A stretch of DNA of 32,000 nt. It comes from Akkermansia muciniphila ATCC BAA-835 (GTDB lineage: Bacteria; Verrucomicrobiota; Verrucomicrobiia; Verrucomicrobiales; Akkermansiaceae). This document shows positions 9,267 through 17,250 of this stretch, piece after piece. Each line of letters opens with the position of its first letter. Within the stretch, counting starts at the first letter, position 1. Both the position numbers and the translations under genes were made by a program. The DNA is taken from contig NC_010655.1 in the NCBI RefSeq assembly GCF_000020225.1, positions 390,001-422,000 of the forward strand. The letters run 5' to 3'. Under the pieces are notes generated by a model. The model ran no database searches and was not told the origin of the DNA. It worked only from the letters and a program-made list of their open reading frames with translations.

Positions 9267-11933
9267 ATGATCTGCTACAATCCGCCCCACATGGATGACG
9301 TACAGACATCTAAGAAAAAAATGCCCTCAAAAAAGGAATGGAGGGGATTTTATTCCCTGATTCTCATTCAAGCCCAGAACGCTTTCAATGAAAAAGCCGC
9401 CCAGTTCCTGCTGATTCCGCTGGGCGTCTGGCTGGCTTCCACCAACGCCGCATACGGACCGGATTCCTGGGTCAACTCCCTCCAGTACATTCTGGCCTGC
9501 ATCTTTGTTCTGCCCTATATTCTGTTCTCCCCTTTCGTCGGATGGCTGGCGGACTGCTTCTGCAAGGCCCGCATCATCCAATTCATGTCTTTCCTACAGA
9601 TTCTGGTACTGGGGGCCATGCTTCTGTGTTATAAATACGAAAACATTGAAATGGCCGTTTTCTGGTTCTGCGTCTTCTCCGTCCAGGCGACCATCCTGAG
9701 TCCGGCCAAAAAGGGAGTGGTCAAGGACATGGTAGGCTCCCGGCAGCTGGGCTACGCTTCAGGGCTGATGGAAATGAGCCTCATCCTGTCCATGCTGGCG
9801 GCCCAGATAGGCATCTTCGCCTGGTTCGACATCCTGCAAGTCTCCTCCAATGACGGCTGGGAAGCAGCCGCTTTCCCCACATTCATCCTCACCTGCATCG
9901 CCGTTCCCGTAGCCATTGCGTCCCTTTACCTCCCGCGGTATCCGGCCAACCAGACCAGAAAATTCGAATGGAAGCTCTTTTACGAACATTTCGTGCAGCT
10001 CAAGTATCTCTGGAGCCAGCGGGATTTGAGGCTCAGCGAAATCGGTGTTTCCTACTTCTGGTTCCTGGCCGGAGCCCTGATGCTCATCTCCCTCCAGATC
10101 GCCCAGGAACACCCCATTGACGGCACCGGATTCAGCATGTCCGCGGCCATTCTCATGGCATGGCTCAGCGGCGGCACGGTGGTAGGCGGCGTCATCGCCT
10201 CCATCATCTGCCGGAAAAAAATTGAACTGGGGCTCATCCCCCTGGGCGCAATCGGCTTTACTATCGGGTGCATGTTCATGTCCTTCTTCGCTCCCGGCTC
10301 CCTCCCCAGCAACATCGGGTTCGGCATCACCGGGGCTTTCGCCGCCGCGTACCTGGTGCCGTTAAACGCCCACCTCCAGGACAATTGCGACCCCTCCAAC
10401 CGCAGCACCGTAATCGCCGCCGGCAACCTGATGGACTGCCTGATGGGGCTGGTGGCCGTCGGCTTCCAGCTCATGCTCAGGAACATCTTCTCCATCCAGA
10501 ACCAATTCTGGGTGCTGGCCGCCCTGGGCGTCGTCATTACCATTGTGGCATTCCGGCTTATTCCCCGTGAATTCATCCGCATGATGGGCCTCTGGATCAT
10601 GAGGATTGTCTACCGCTCCCGCATCATCCACCAGGACCGCATTCCGGAAGACGGCGGGGCCGTTATCGTCTCCAACCATGTCACCTACGGGGATGCGCTG
10701 TTCCTTTCTCTCATTTGCCCGCGCCCCATCCGGTTCATCGTGGCGGAGGAATTCGTAGCCATCCGCTGGCTCGGCTGGATTCTGGAACTCTTCAACTGCC
10801 TGCCCATTTCCTCCCGTAATCCGCGGGAATCCCTGTCCAAGGCCATCCAGGCCCTGAAGGCCGGAGAAGTCATCTGCATCTTCCCGGAAGGCCAGCTCAC
10901 CCGCACGGGAACCCTGTGCGCCGCGCGCCGGGGGCTGGAAATGCTGGCGAAAAAATCGCGCTGCCCCATCGTGCCCATTTACATGGACGAACTATGGGGC
11001 AGCATCTTCTCCTACTCAGGCAACCGTTTCTTCTCCAAGGCGCCTCTCCGCGTTCCCTACCGTTTCACCGCCGCCATCGGAGAGCCCATTGAGCCTGATG
11101 CCGTCAATCCCCGCATGGTCATCAACACGCTGCGGGAGCTATCCTCCACATGCCTGGAAATTGCAGCCAGCATCGGCAGGGATGCCATCCTGAACCATCT
11201 GGAGCGCATCGCCCACAAACCTCTGGTCTTCTCTAAAAACGCGCGGCTCTCCGGGTATGAAATAGCGGAATGCCTGATGAACGACACCGTGGAAGCAGAG
11301 CATCCGGAACTCAGGAAATGGCTGTCCACCCTGCTGGACAGCACCCGCTCCCAAAGCCGCCTGTGCGACTTCTGGATGAACGCCCAGCAGCTGGAACGGG
11401 TGAACTCCCTCCAGCCCCGGGAACTGCTGCTCACCAGCGTAGGACGAGAAGAAGTCCACGAAACGGTGGCCGCCGTCCTGTGGCCCATCCTCACCAGCAC
11501 TCCCGTTTACCTCATCAGCGACGGGGACCACAGCATGCCGGAAGGCATCAGGCAGATAGCCGGCTCCGATTTCCTGCGCCGCAGGCTCTACAGCCTGGTT
11601 CCGAATACGCGCACGCCGTTTTATGACTTCAGCGGTTCGGGCGACCTGGTTCTCCCCAACATCGGATGGAGGCCCTGCTTCGCCACGGACCGCGGCATTA
11701 TCCTGGCCATGTCCATGAAGAGAAGCGTCTTCAAGCTGGATGACGGCACCGTGCAGCTCGGCATGCGGGCCAGGACAAGAGGTCGCCTCCTCCCCGGCTT
11801 TTACCTGAATCCCCCTCTTTCCAACGTCATCGCCGGGGCTACCCTCTCCACCCCTTATTCCCTGCCGCCCAACCTGTATCTGGACGAGTCGGGCTTCCTG
11901 GCGGAACTTCAGTCTTCCAACCATGAACAATAA
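9267..11933 (+). CDS. Fusion protein: MFS transporter (LplT-like) + PlsC-type acyltransferase + ~250-aa C-terminal region resembling a truncated adenylate-forming domain, 888 aa
   Basis: Residues ~25-435 form about 12 TM helices with an LplT-like N-terminus (QAQNAFNEKAAQFLL). The acyltransferase HxxxxD motif is H471-VTYG-D476, and FPEG is at 539-542. The C-terminal part begins like an acyl-ACP/CoA synthetase and ends with NLYLDESGFLAEL (compare the DEDGYL motif), but no (S/T)SGTTGxPKG P-loop is seen. The start could also be Met9 (9291) or Met19 (9321). Confidence 0.8.
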   Translation: MICYNPPHMDDVQTSKKKMPSKKEWRGFYSLILIQAQNAFNEKAAQFLLIPLGVWLASTNAAYGPDSWVNSLQYILACIFVLPYILFSPFVGWLADCFCKARIIQFMSFLQILVLGAMLLCYKYENIEMAVFWFCVFSVQATILSPAKKGVVKDMVGSRQLGYASGLMEMSLILSMLAAQIGIFAWFDILQVSSNDGWEAAAFPTFILTCIAVPVAIASLYLPRYPANQTRKFEWKLFYEHFVQLKYLWSQRDLRLSEIGVSYFWFLAGALMLISLQIAQEHPIDGTGFSMSAAILMAWLSGGTVVGGVIASIICRKKIELGLIPLGAIGFTIGCMFMSFFAPGSLPSNIGFGITGAFAAAYLVPLNAHLQDNCDPSNRSTVIAAGNLMDCLMGLVAVGFQLMLRNIFSIQNQFWVLAALGVVITIVAFRLIPREFIRMMGLWIMRIVYRSRIIHQDRIPEDGGAVIVSNHVTYGDALFLSLICPRPIRFIVAEEFVAIRWLGWILELFNCLPISSRNPRESLSKAIQALKAGEVICIFPEGQLTRTGTLCAARRGLEMLAKKSRCPIVPIYMDELWGSIFSYSGNRFFSKAPLRVPYRFTAAIGEPIEPDAVNPRMVINTLRELSSTCLEIAASIGRDAILNHLERIAHKPLVFSKNARLSGYEIAECLMNDTVEAEHPELRKWLSTLLDSTRSQSRLCDFWMNAQQLERVNSLQPRELLLTSVGREEVHETVAAVLWPILTSTPVYLISDGDHSMPEGIRQIAGSDFLRRRLYSLVPNTRTPFYDFSGSGDLVLPNIGWRPCFATDRGIILAMSMKRSVFKLDDGTVQLGMRARTRGRLLPGFYLNPPLSNVIAGATLSTPYSLPPNLYLDESGFLAELQSSNHEQ

Positions 11934-12390
11934 CTCCTCGTCAACCCGTCTTCCCATCCCGCAGTATGTAATGACGCTGGCGCACGCGGCAGCCCTGCGG
12001 TCGGAGGACCCGTACCGCAAGGTGGGAGCCGCCGCCCTGGATGCGGACAACCGCGTCATCGGCACCGCCTACAACGGACTGTATCCCGGATTCAAGGCTC
12101 AGGACACCTTCTGGGCCAGCCGGGAAGAACGCCAGAAATACATGCTGCATGCGGAAATCAACCTGTGCAGCCTGTTCCGGAGGGGGGAAGCCAAGGTGGT
12201 GGCATGCACTACGATGCCCTGTACCTCATGCATGCAGGCGCTGTGTGCCCATGGCGTAAAAACCATTTATTACTGTGAGCCTTATGACAAATCCGAAGCT
12301 CCTGCCATCGCCAGCCTTTACGGCGTGGAACTGATCCAGGTTACGGACTATCCTCTCAGCCGGCACTTCCCCCTTGTCCTGGACAGCTGA
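11923..12390 (+). CDS. dCMP (CMP/dCMP-type zinc) deaminase, 155 aa
   Basis: The zinc-binding motifs HAEINL and PCTSCMQAL are present at the canonical spacing. The start overlaps the upstream stop by 11 nt (ATGAACAATAA). Confidence 0.85.
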   Translation: MNNNSSSTRLPIPQYVMTLAHAAALRSEDPYRKVGAAALDADNRVIGTAYNGLYPGFKAQDTFWASREERQKYMLHAEINLCSLFRRGEAKVVACTTMPCTSCMQALCAHGVKTIYYCEPYDKSEAPAIASLYGVELIQVTDYPLSRHFPLVLDS

Positions 12391-12401
12391 TGCCCGGAAA
12401 A

Positions 12402-12863
12402 TCAATCCCGGTGTACGCGGCATGTCCAACCAGCCATGGAGCGGGGAACGCCGTCAATGGCAGGGTCCAAATCAAGACCGGTTTCCGTAATGGTGCCCGA
12501 AGTAATGACGCCCGCATTCCGCCCGGCGTCGTCAAAGGCAATGTTCACATTCGCCATGGTACAGGCGGAGCTGCTGTTGGCTGCCGGAGCAATATTCAAT
12601 ACGCCGGCATTCTCCCCGCTATTGAACCGGTACGTATAAACCCCGTCGTACACGGCTCTTGTATCCATTCTGATAACATCCACGTCCTGCCCGCTGAACT
12701 GAAGCTGGAATAAGATGCTTCCTCCCTCAAACAGGCTTACCTGCTGTCCGCTCAGGGAAGTGTTCCCGTCGTCTCCGGATTTTCCCGAACCTCCGCCGCA
12801 CCCGGACAACAATCCGCACACCGTCACAGGAATCAGCAACAAGACAGGGAACAACTTTTTCAT
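12402..12863 (-). CDS. Small hypothetical lipoprotein (family member 1), ~153 aa
   Basis: The Met at 12863 gives MKKLFPVLLLIPVTVCGLLSGC-GGGSG, a signal peptide plus lipobox. The mature part is beta-rich and shares features with the ORFs at 29403 and 29947. Confidence 0.6.
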   Translation of the reverse strand: MKKLFPVLLLIPVTVCGLLSGCGGGSGKSGDDGNTSLSGQQVSLFEGGSILFQLQFSGQDVDVIRMDTRAVYDGVYTYRFNSGENAGVLNIAPAANSSSACTMANVNIAFDDAGRNAGVITSGTITETGLDLDPAIDGVPRSMAGWTCRVHRD

Positions 12864-12945
12864 TCCCGGAAAAATGCACAACAGAAAACCACAAGTCAAG
12901 TATACTCAACTATTATTGCATTTTTCCAACATTTTTTAACATCAC

Positions 12946-12973
12946 AAAAAAAACCGCCTGTTTTCACAGGCGG
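12946..12973 (-). terminator. Rho-independent terminator of the OsmC-family gene
   Basis: The 8-bp stem ccgcctgt (12954-12961) pairs with acaggcgg (12966-12973) around a 4-nt loop. On the minus strand it is followed by a run of 8 U (A8 at 12946-12953 on the plus strand). It lies 23 nt downstream of the stop at 12996. Confidence 0.8.
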
Positions 12974-12995
12974 TCTCAAGAAAACACGGAAGCGG

Positions 12996-13403
12996 TCAGC
13001 CAACCCACTTCCAGGTAATGGGTATTTCAATATCAGGGTGCAGGCTGTGCTTGACCGGGCAGCTCAGAGCAGCCTGTTCCAGCAGCTTCCTGTCCGGATA
13101 ATCGGACGGAAGAGGAACGGTAATGACGACTTCCAGCTTGCCGATACGGCGGGGATCCGCATTCATGTGTTTGGCCACTTCCACCGTCATGCCTTCCAGA
13201 TTAATCCCCTTACGTTCGGCAACAATACCCATGATCGTGCTCATGCAGCCGGCAAGCGCCGCTCCTACCAGGTCCGTGGGGGAAAAGGACTCGCCCTTGC
13301 CGTTGTTGTCCACGGGGGCATCCGTGGAAAGCGTGGCCCCGGAAGGTTCATGAACCATGGAACAATGGAGGCCGCCCTCGTACGTCGTTTTAGTTTTTAC
13401 CAT
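12996..13403 (-). CDS. OsmC/Ohr-family peroxiredoxin-like protein, 135 aa
   Basis: The size and the two conserved Cys contexts (LAGCMSTIM and ALSCPVKHSL) match the OsmC family. Confidence 0.85.
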   Translation of the reverse strand: MVKTKTTYEGGLHCSMVHEPSGATLSTDAPVDNNGKGESFSPTDLVGAALAGCMSTIMGIVAERKGINLEGMTVEVAKHMNADPRRIGKLEVVITVPLPSDYPDRKLLEQAALSCPVKHSLHPDIEIPITWKWVG

Positions 13404-13466
13404 GGCCTTATTTTATACAAGGCTCCCCGCCATGCAACACACAAACATTGAATCCCCCCGTTCTTT

Positions 13467-15797
13467 ATGGTAACCGCCTTTGCTATGAGAAACTTTTTGA
13501 AAGCAGCCGTCGGCTGCCTGGGCATGATCGCCGGGTGTTTCAGTACGGGGGAGGCCCAGGACTTCGGAGGCATGAGCTTCGGGGAAGCGGGAAACTTTGG
13601 TCCGCCCCAGACATCCGGTTCCTCCAAGGCCACTGTCACCTCCTATGGAGAAGCCTCCTTCGTCATCGTGACGGAGCTGGCGCTGCCGGACCACTGGCAC
13701 GTTTACTATAAAAATCCGGGAACCGTGGGCCTTCCCATGGAAGCCGCTCTCCAGCCTGTGCCCGGCTTCCGGGTGGAAGGCCCCTTCTGGCAAATCCCGG
13801 AACTGGAGAAAGGGCTTGTGGATTTTTACGGATACAGCGGAAAAGCCAAAATGGCGTTCCGGGTGACTCCGGAAAAGGATGCCCCCCCGGAAGCGACGTT
13901 CATCACCACCATGACATGGCAAATGTGCGCGGAACAGTGCGCCGCCCCGGAAACCAAAAACTTCAGCGTCACACTGAAGCGCGGAGACGGGCAGACAGCC
14001 CCTGACGCGGCGGAATTGACCGGAAACATGGCAGGGCTTGCCGCCCCCGACTGGGCGGAAGGGCTGAAAGCCCGGATTTCCCAGGAAGGGAAAACCGTCA
14101 CCCTGCACCTCAGGACAAACGGACGCCCCGTTCCGCAGGATTCCGTCTATTTTTTCTGCAATCAGGGGGAAATCAACCCTACCACTCCCCAAATCTTCAA
14201 AAAACTGGATGACTCCAATTATGAGCTGTCCATGCAATTCAATGACACCACGGACGGCCTTTACCCCAACAACCTGCCGGATGCAGACAGGGGAAAACCG
14301 CTGACCAGCCTTTCCGGCATCCTGCGCGCCGGCAGGGAAGGCATCATCATCACCGCGGACGACCGCCCCTTCTCCGGGGAATCTCAGTCAACAGCCGCCG
14401 GAACGGAATCCGCCCCGGAACCTTCCGCTTCCATCCCCGCTCCTCCGCTGATGGGCCTGGGGGAAATCATGTTCTTCATGTTCATCGGCGGCATCATCCT
14501 CAATGTCATGCCGTGCGTCTTCCCGGTAATCGGCCTCAAGATTATGGGATTCGTCCAGCTGGGAGGGGGGGAACGGAAAAAAGTGCTGGCCCACTCCCTT
14601 ACCTTCGTACTGGGCATCCTGATTTCTTTCTGGCTCATTACTGCCATTCTGATTGCGCTGAAAGCGAACATGTTTGACTGGAGCGCCCCAGCCGGCCCCG
14701 GCGTGTTCAGCGGAGACTTCTGGCTGGGCCGCGGCGCGGAGGGCGTTGTCAACTGGGCGTTCTGGTTTGAAAACCCCTGGGTGAATTTCTGCCTGCTGGG
14801 CCTGATGCTCGCCATGGGGCTGAGCATGTTCGGCGTCTTTGAAATAGGCGTCAAAGCCACGACCATGGGCAACGACCTCCAGCACCGGAAGGGTTATGCC
14901 GGCTCCTTCTGGTCCGGCGCCCTGGCTACGGTCATCTCCACCCCGTGCAGCGCTCCGTTCCTGGGCCAGGCTATCGGCGCGGCCATGCTCCAGCCGCCGC
15001 TGGGCATCGTGCTCTGCCTGACCATGATGGGGCTTGGAATGTCCCTTCCCTACATCATTCTGGGAGCCTTTCCCGTCCTGACCAGATACCTGCCCAAACC
15101 CGGCGCATGGATGGAATCCTTCAAGCAGTCCATGTCCTTCCTGATGTTCGGCACCGCAGCCTACTTCCTCTGGATTTACATGGCCTTCTTTGATGCAGAA
15201 AACCATCCTCAGGACATCCTGTTCCTCTTCTTCGGGCTTGTGCTGTTTTCCATGGCCTTTTGGGTATACGGCAGATGGTGCCCCATGTACCGCAGCAGAA
15301 AGTCCCGCATCACGGGAGGCATCTTCTCCGTAATCTTCCTGCTGGCCGGCCTGTACTACATGCTCCCGCCGGAAGGAGCAGCCTGGTTCGGCCGCGGTTC
15401 CGCCCCCGGGGCGGCGGAGTCCGCCGCCGCAGCACCCTCCCTTCAGGAGGAAGGAAACATCTGGATACCCTGGAGCCCGGAAGCCATGCAGGCCGCCCTG
15501 GACGGAGGGAAACCCGTTTATGTGGACTTCACGGCCCGCTGGTGCTCCACCTGCCAGGTCAACAAGGCCTCCTATACGGATGAAGTGCTGGCCGCTTTCA
15601 AAAAATATGGCATCGTCATGATGAAAGCGGACAAGACCCGCACGAACCCCGCCATTGACCAGGAACTTAAAAACCTGGGGCGCACGGCCGTTCCCGTCAA
15701 TGCCCTGTATCTTCCCGGCAGAAAACCAGCCGTCACCAGGGAACTCCTGTCCCCGGCCTACCTGCTGGAATTCCTGGAAAAGGAAATGGAACGCTAG
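13467..15797 (+). CDS. DsbD/ScsB-family thiol:disulfide interchange (protein-disulfide reductase) protein, 776 aa
   Basis: It has a signal peptide, then a long N-terminal periplasmic region (WQMCAEQC). The CcdA-like membrane core carries the two conserved Cys (NVMPCVFPV and STPCSAPF). The C-terminal thioredoxin domain has WCSTC. The start could be Met7 (13485). Confidence 0.9.
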   Translation: MVTAFAMRNFLKAAVGCLGMIAGCFSTGEAQDFGGMSFGEAGNFGPPQTSGSSKATVTSYGEASFVIVTELALPDHWHVYYKNPGTVGLPMEAALQPVPGFRVEGPFWQIPELEKGLVDFYGYSGKAKMAFRVTPEKDAPPEATFITTMTWQMCAEQCAAPETKNFSVTLKRGDGQTAPDAAELTGNMAGLAAPDWAEGLKARISQEGKTVTLHLRTNGRPVPQDSVYFFCNQGEINPTTPQIFKKLDDSNYELSMQFNDTTDGLYPNNLPDADRGKPLTSLSGILRAGREGIIITADDRPFSGESQSTAAGTESAPEPSASIPAPPLMGLGEIMFFMFIGGIILNVMPCVFPVIGLKIMGFVQLGGGERKKVLAHSLTFVLGILISFWLITAILIALKANMFDWSAPAGPGVFSGDFWLGRGAEGVVNWAFWFENPWVNFCLLGLMLAMGLSMFGVFEIGVKATTMGNDLQHRKGYAGSFWSGALATVISTPCSAPFLGQAIGAAMLQPPLGIVLCLTMMGLGMSLPYIILGAFPVLTRYLPKPGAWMESFKQSMSFLMFGTAAYFLWIYMAFFDAENHPQDILFLFFGLVLFSMAFWVYGRWCPMYRSRKSRITGGIFSVIFLLAGLYYMLPPEGAAWFGRGSAPGAAESAAAAPSLQEEGNIWIPWSPEAMQAALDGGKPVYVDFTARWCSTCQVNKASYTDEVLAAFKKYGIVMMKADKTRTNPAIDQELKNLGRTAVPVNALYLPGRKPAVTRELLSPAYLLEFLEKEMER

Positions 15798-15812
15798 GAC
15801 GTCTTGTCATGC

Positions 15813-15831
15813 GGGCGGCAATCCGCCGCCC
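15813..15831. terminator. GC-rich hairpin between convergent genes; possible bidirectional terminator lacking a U-tract
   Basis: The 7-bp stem gggcggc (15813-15819) pairs with gccgccc (15825-15831) around the loop aatcc. It lies between the dsbD-like stop (15797) and the SGNH hydrolase stop (15873). There is no T/A run on either side, hence the low confidence. Confidence 0.3.
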
Positions 15832-15872
15832 TCCCTCCAGGCCATGCCGGGCAGCAGGAAAACGGGGAAAGC

Positions 15873-16604
15873 TTACCCTTCCCCGTTCAACAGCGGCAGC
15901 AACGCGTCCGCCCATGCCTGATAACCCTTCTCCGTTAAATGGACATGATCCTTGAACATGCCCTCCCTGAACGTCCCGTCCGGCTTCAGCAGGCTGCCGT
16001 TAATGGATAAAATAGTGGTCCTCGGAAGCTCAAGCCTGCGCAGCAAACGGTTAATCTCCTCCTGCCTCCTGCGCAATGGGCTATCGGGATCGGGGCCGTA
16101 GGGAGTCACCTCCATCAGGATCAAACGGGTCTCCGGAAATCTCTTCAGCAGGCGTACGGCTATCTCCCGGATGCCCTTCACCGTCTGCTCCGCGGGCTGC
16201 CGCCCTTTCCACAGGCCGATATTATTCGTCCCGGCCAGCAAAATGCAATAGCGCGGAGAAGTTCTGACTGCCAGTCCCGTATCTTCCATGCGCCACAGCA
16301 TGCTGTCCGTCCTGTCCCCGCTCACTCCGAAGTTGACCGCCTTCATCGGCACGAACAGCCTCTTCCACAGCGCGGAACCTTCCCGTTCCCAGCATTCTGT
16401 AATGGAATCCCCCACGAACAGAATGCCGCATTCCTTCCCCAGCAAATTTTCCCGGACCGCCTTGTAACGGGCCGGAACCCACGGCTGGGTATTCAGTTTG
16501 GGAACATCGGGCGGATCCGGAACCTCATCTGAAGGTGCCGCATACACGGCAGAAGAAGCAAGGGACAACAATAAAAAAGCGGCGGAAAAAACAGAAGCAT
16601 TCAT
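15873..16604 (-). CDS. Secreted SGNH/GDSL-family hydrolase (esterase/acylhydrolase), 243 aa
   Basis: It has the signal peptide MNASVFSAAFLLLSLASSAVYA. Block I is FVGDSITE (catalytic Ser), block III is AGTNNIG, and the C-terminal DHVHLT supplies the catalytic D-x-x-H. Confidence 0.8.
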   Translation of the reverse strand: MNASVFSAAFLLLSLASSAVYAAPSDEVPDPPDVPKLNTQPWVPARYKAVRENLLGKECGILFVGDSITECWEREGSALWKRLFVPMKAVNFGVSGDRTDSMLWRMEDTGLAVRTSPRYCILLAGTNNIGLWKGRQPAEQTVKGIREIAVRLLKRFPETRLILMEVTPYGPDPDSPLRRRQEEINRLLRRLELPRTTILSINGSLLKPDGTFREGMFKDHVHLTEKGYQAWADALLPLLNGEG

Positions 16605-16655
16605 CTTTTTCCGAATACGCGGCCCGGAAAAGCATTCTTTCCCCTGCCGGGAAAA

Positions 16656-17249
16656 TCATGTTCTCACCGCCTTGCCCAATACATCCAGAGGCTGGCCGGA
16701 CAAATTCAATTCCTTTACCAGAAAACGGACAATCAGCAGGCTTGCCAGCGCATCATACAAAGCGTCATGCCATCGGCGCGCAGGAAGCAGAGCCTCCACG
16801 GAACAAGTCAGCCCCAGGGCGCCGCACAAAGAAGACAGGGAATAATCCGCCAGACCGGGAACGCACATCCGGCCCAGGGCCAGCGTATCCAGCCACGGGC
16901 CGAAGCCGTGGCCCGGAAACCGGCGCAGGAACTTCCGTTCCGTGGCCGGATTATGCCCCACCACCACGGCCTGCCCCAGCCGGGAACGTATCTCCGGCCA
17001 CAGGGAGGGAAAAGACGGGGCATCCGCCAGCATCTCCGTAGTAATGCCGTGCACCTGGGAGGCGGACCATAAAACCGGCTTCTCCACCGCAATATAGGAA
17101 GTCCACAACTCAGGCTCGTCCTCCAGGCGGGGACATGCGGCTATGCCTATCTGGACGGGCTGGTCCGTCTCCCCCCGGGCCGCTCCGGCGGATTCAAAAT
17201 CAATGGCGGCGAAATGCAGGCCGCCGATTGTATCCGAAAGCAGAGGCAT
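16656..17249 (-). CDS. DnaQ-like DEDDh 3'-5' exonuclease, ~197 aa
   Basis: Exo I is AAIDFES, Exo II is GHNPATERKFL (the usual Asp is Glu here), and Exo III is WHDALYDA (H-x4-D). The preferred start at 17249 is 1 nt after the mutS stop codon (17251-17253). The maximal ORF reaches 17273. Confidence 0.75.
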   Translation of the reverse strand: MPLLSDTIGGLHFAAIDFESAGAARGETDQPVQIGIAACPRLEDEPELWTSYIAVEKPVLWSASQVHGITTEMLADAPSFPSLWPEIRSRLGQAVVVGHNPATERKFLRRFPGHGFGPWLDTLALGRMCVPGLADYSLSSLCGALGLTCSVEALLPARRWHDALYDALASLLIVRFLVKELNLSGQPLDVLGKAVRT

Positions 17250-17250
17250 A

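Noticed and set aside
8806-9270. 154-aa plus-strand ORF filling the long spacer upstream of the MFS fusion gene
   Set aside because: The Pro/Ala/Arg/Ser-rich low-complexity translation has no signal or fold features, so I treat the spacer as non-coding.
13413-14237. 274-aa minus-strand ORF overlapping the 5' third of the DsbD-like gene
   Set aside because: It is antisense to a strongly supported gene, and it would also overlap the osmC-dsbD control region.
15861-15887. 9-bp-stem hairpin aacggggaa/ttccccgtt spanning the SGNH hydrolase stop codon
   Set aside because: It lies within the 3' coding end of the gene and has no U-tract on either strand, so it is probably a coincidental palindrome created by the coding sequence.
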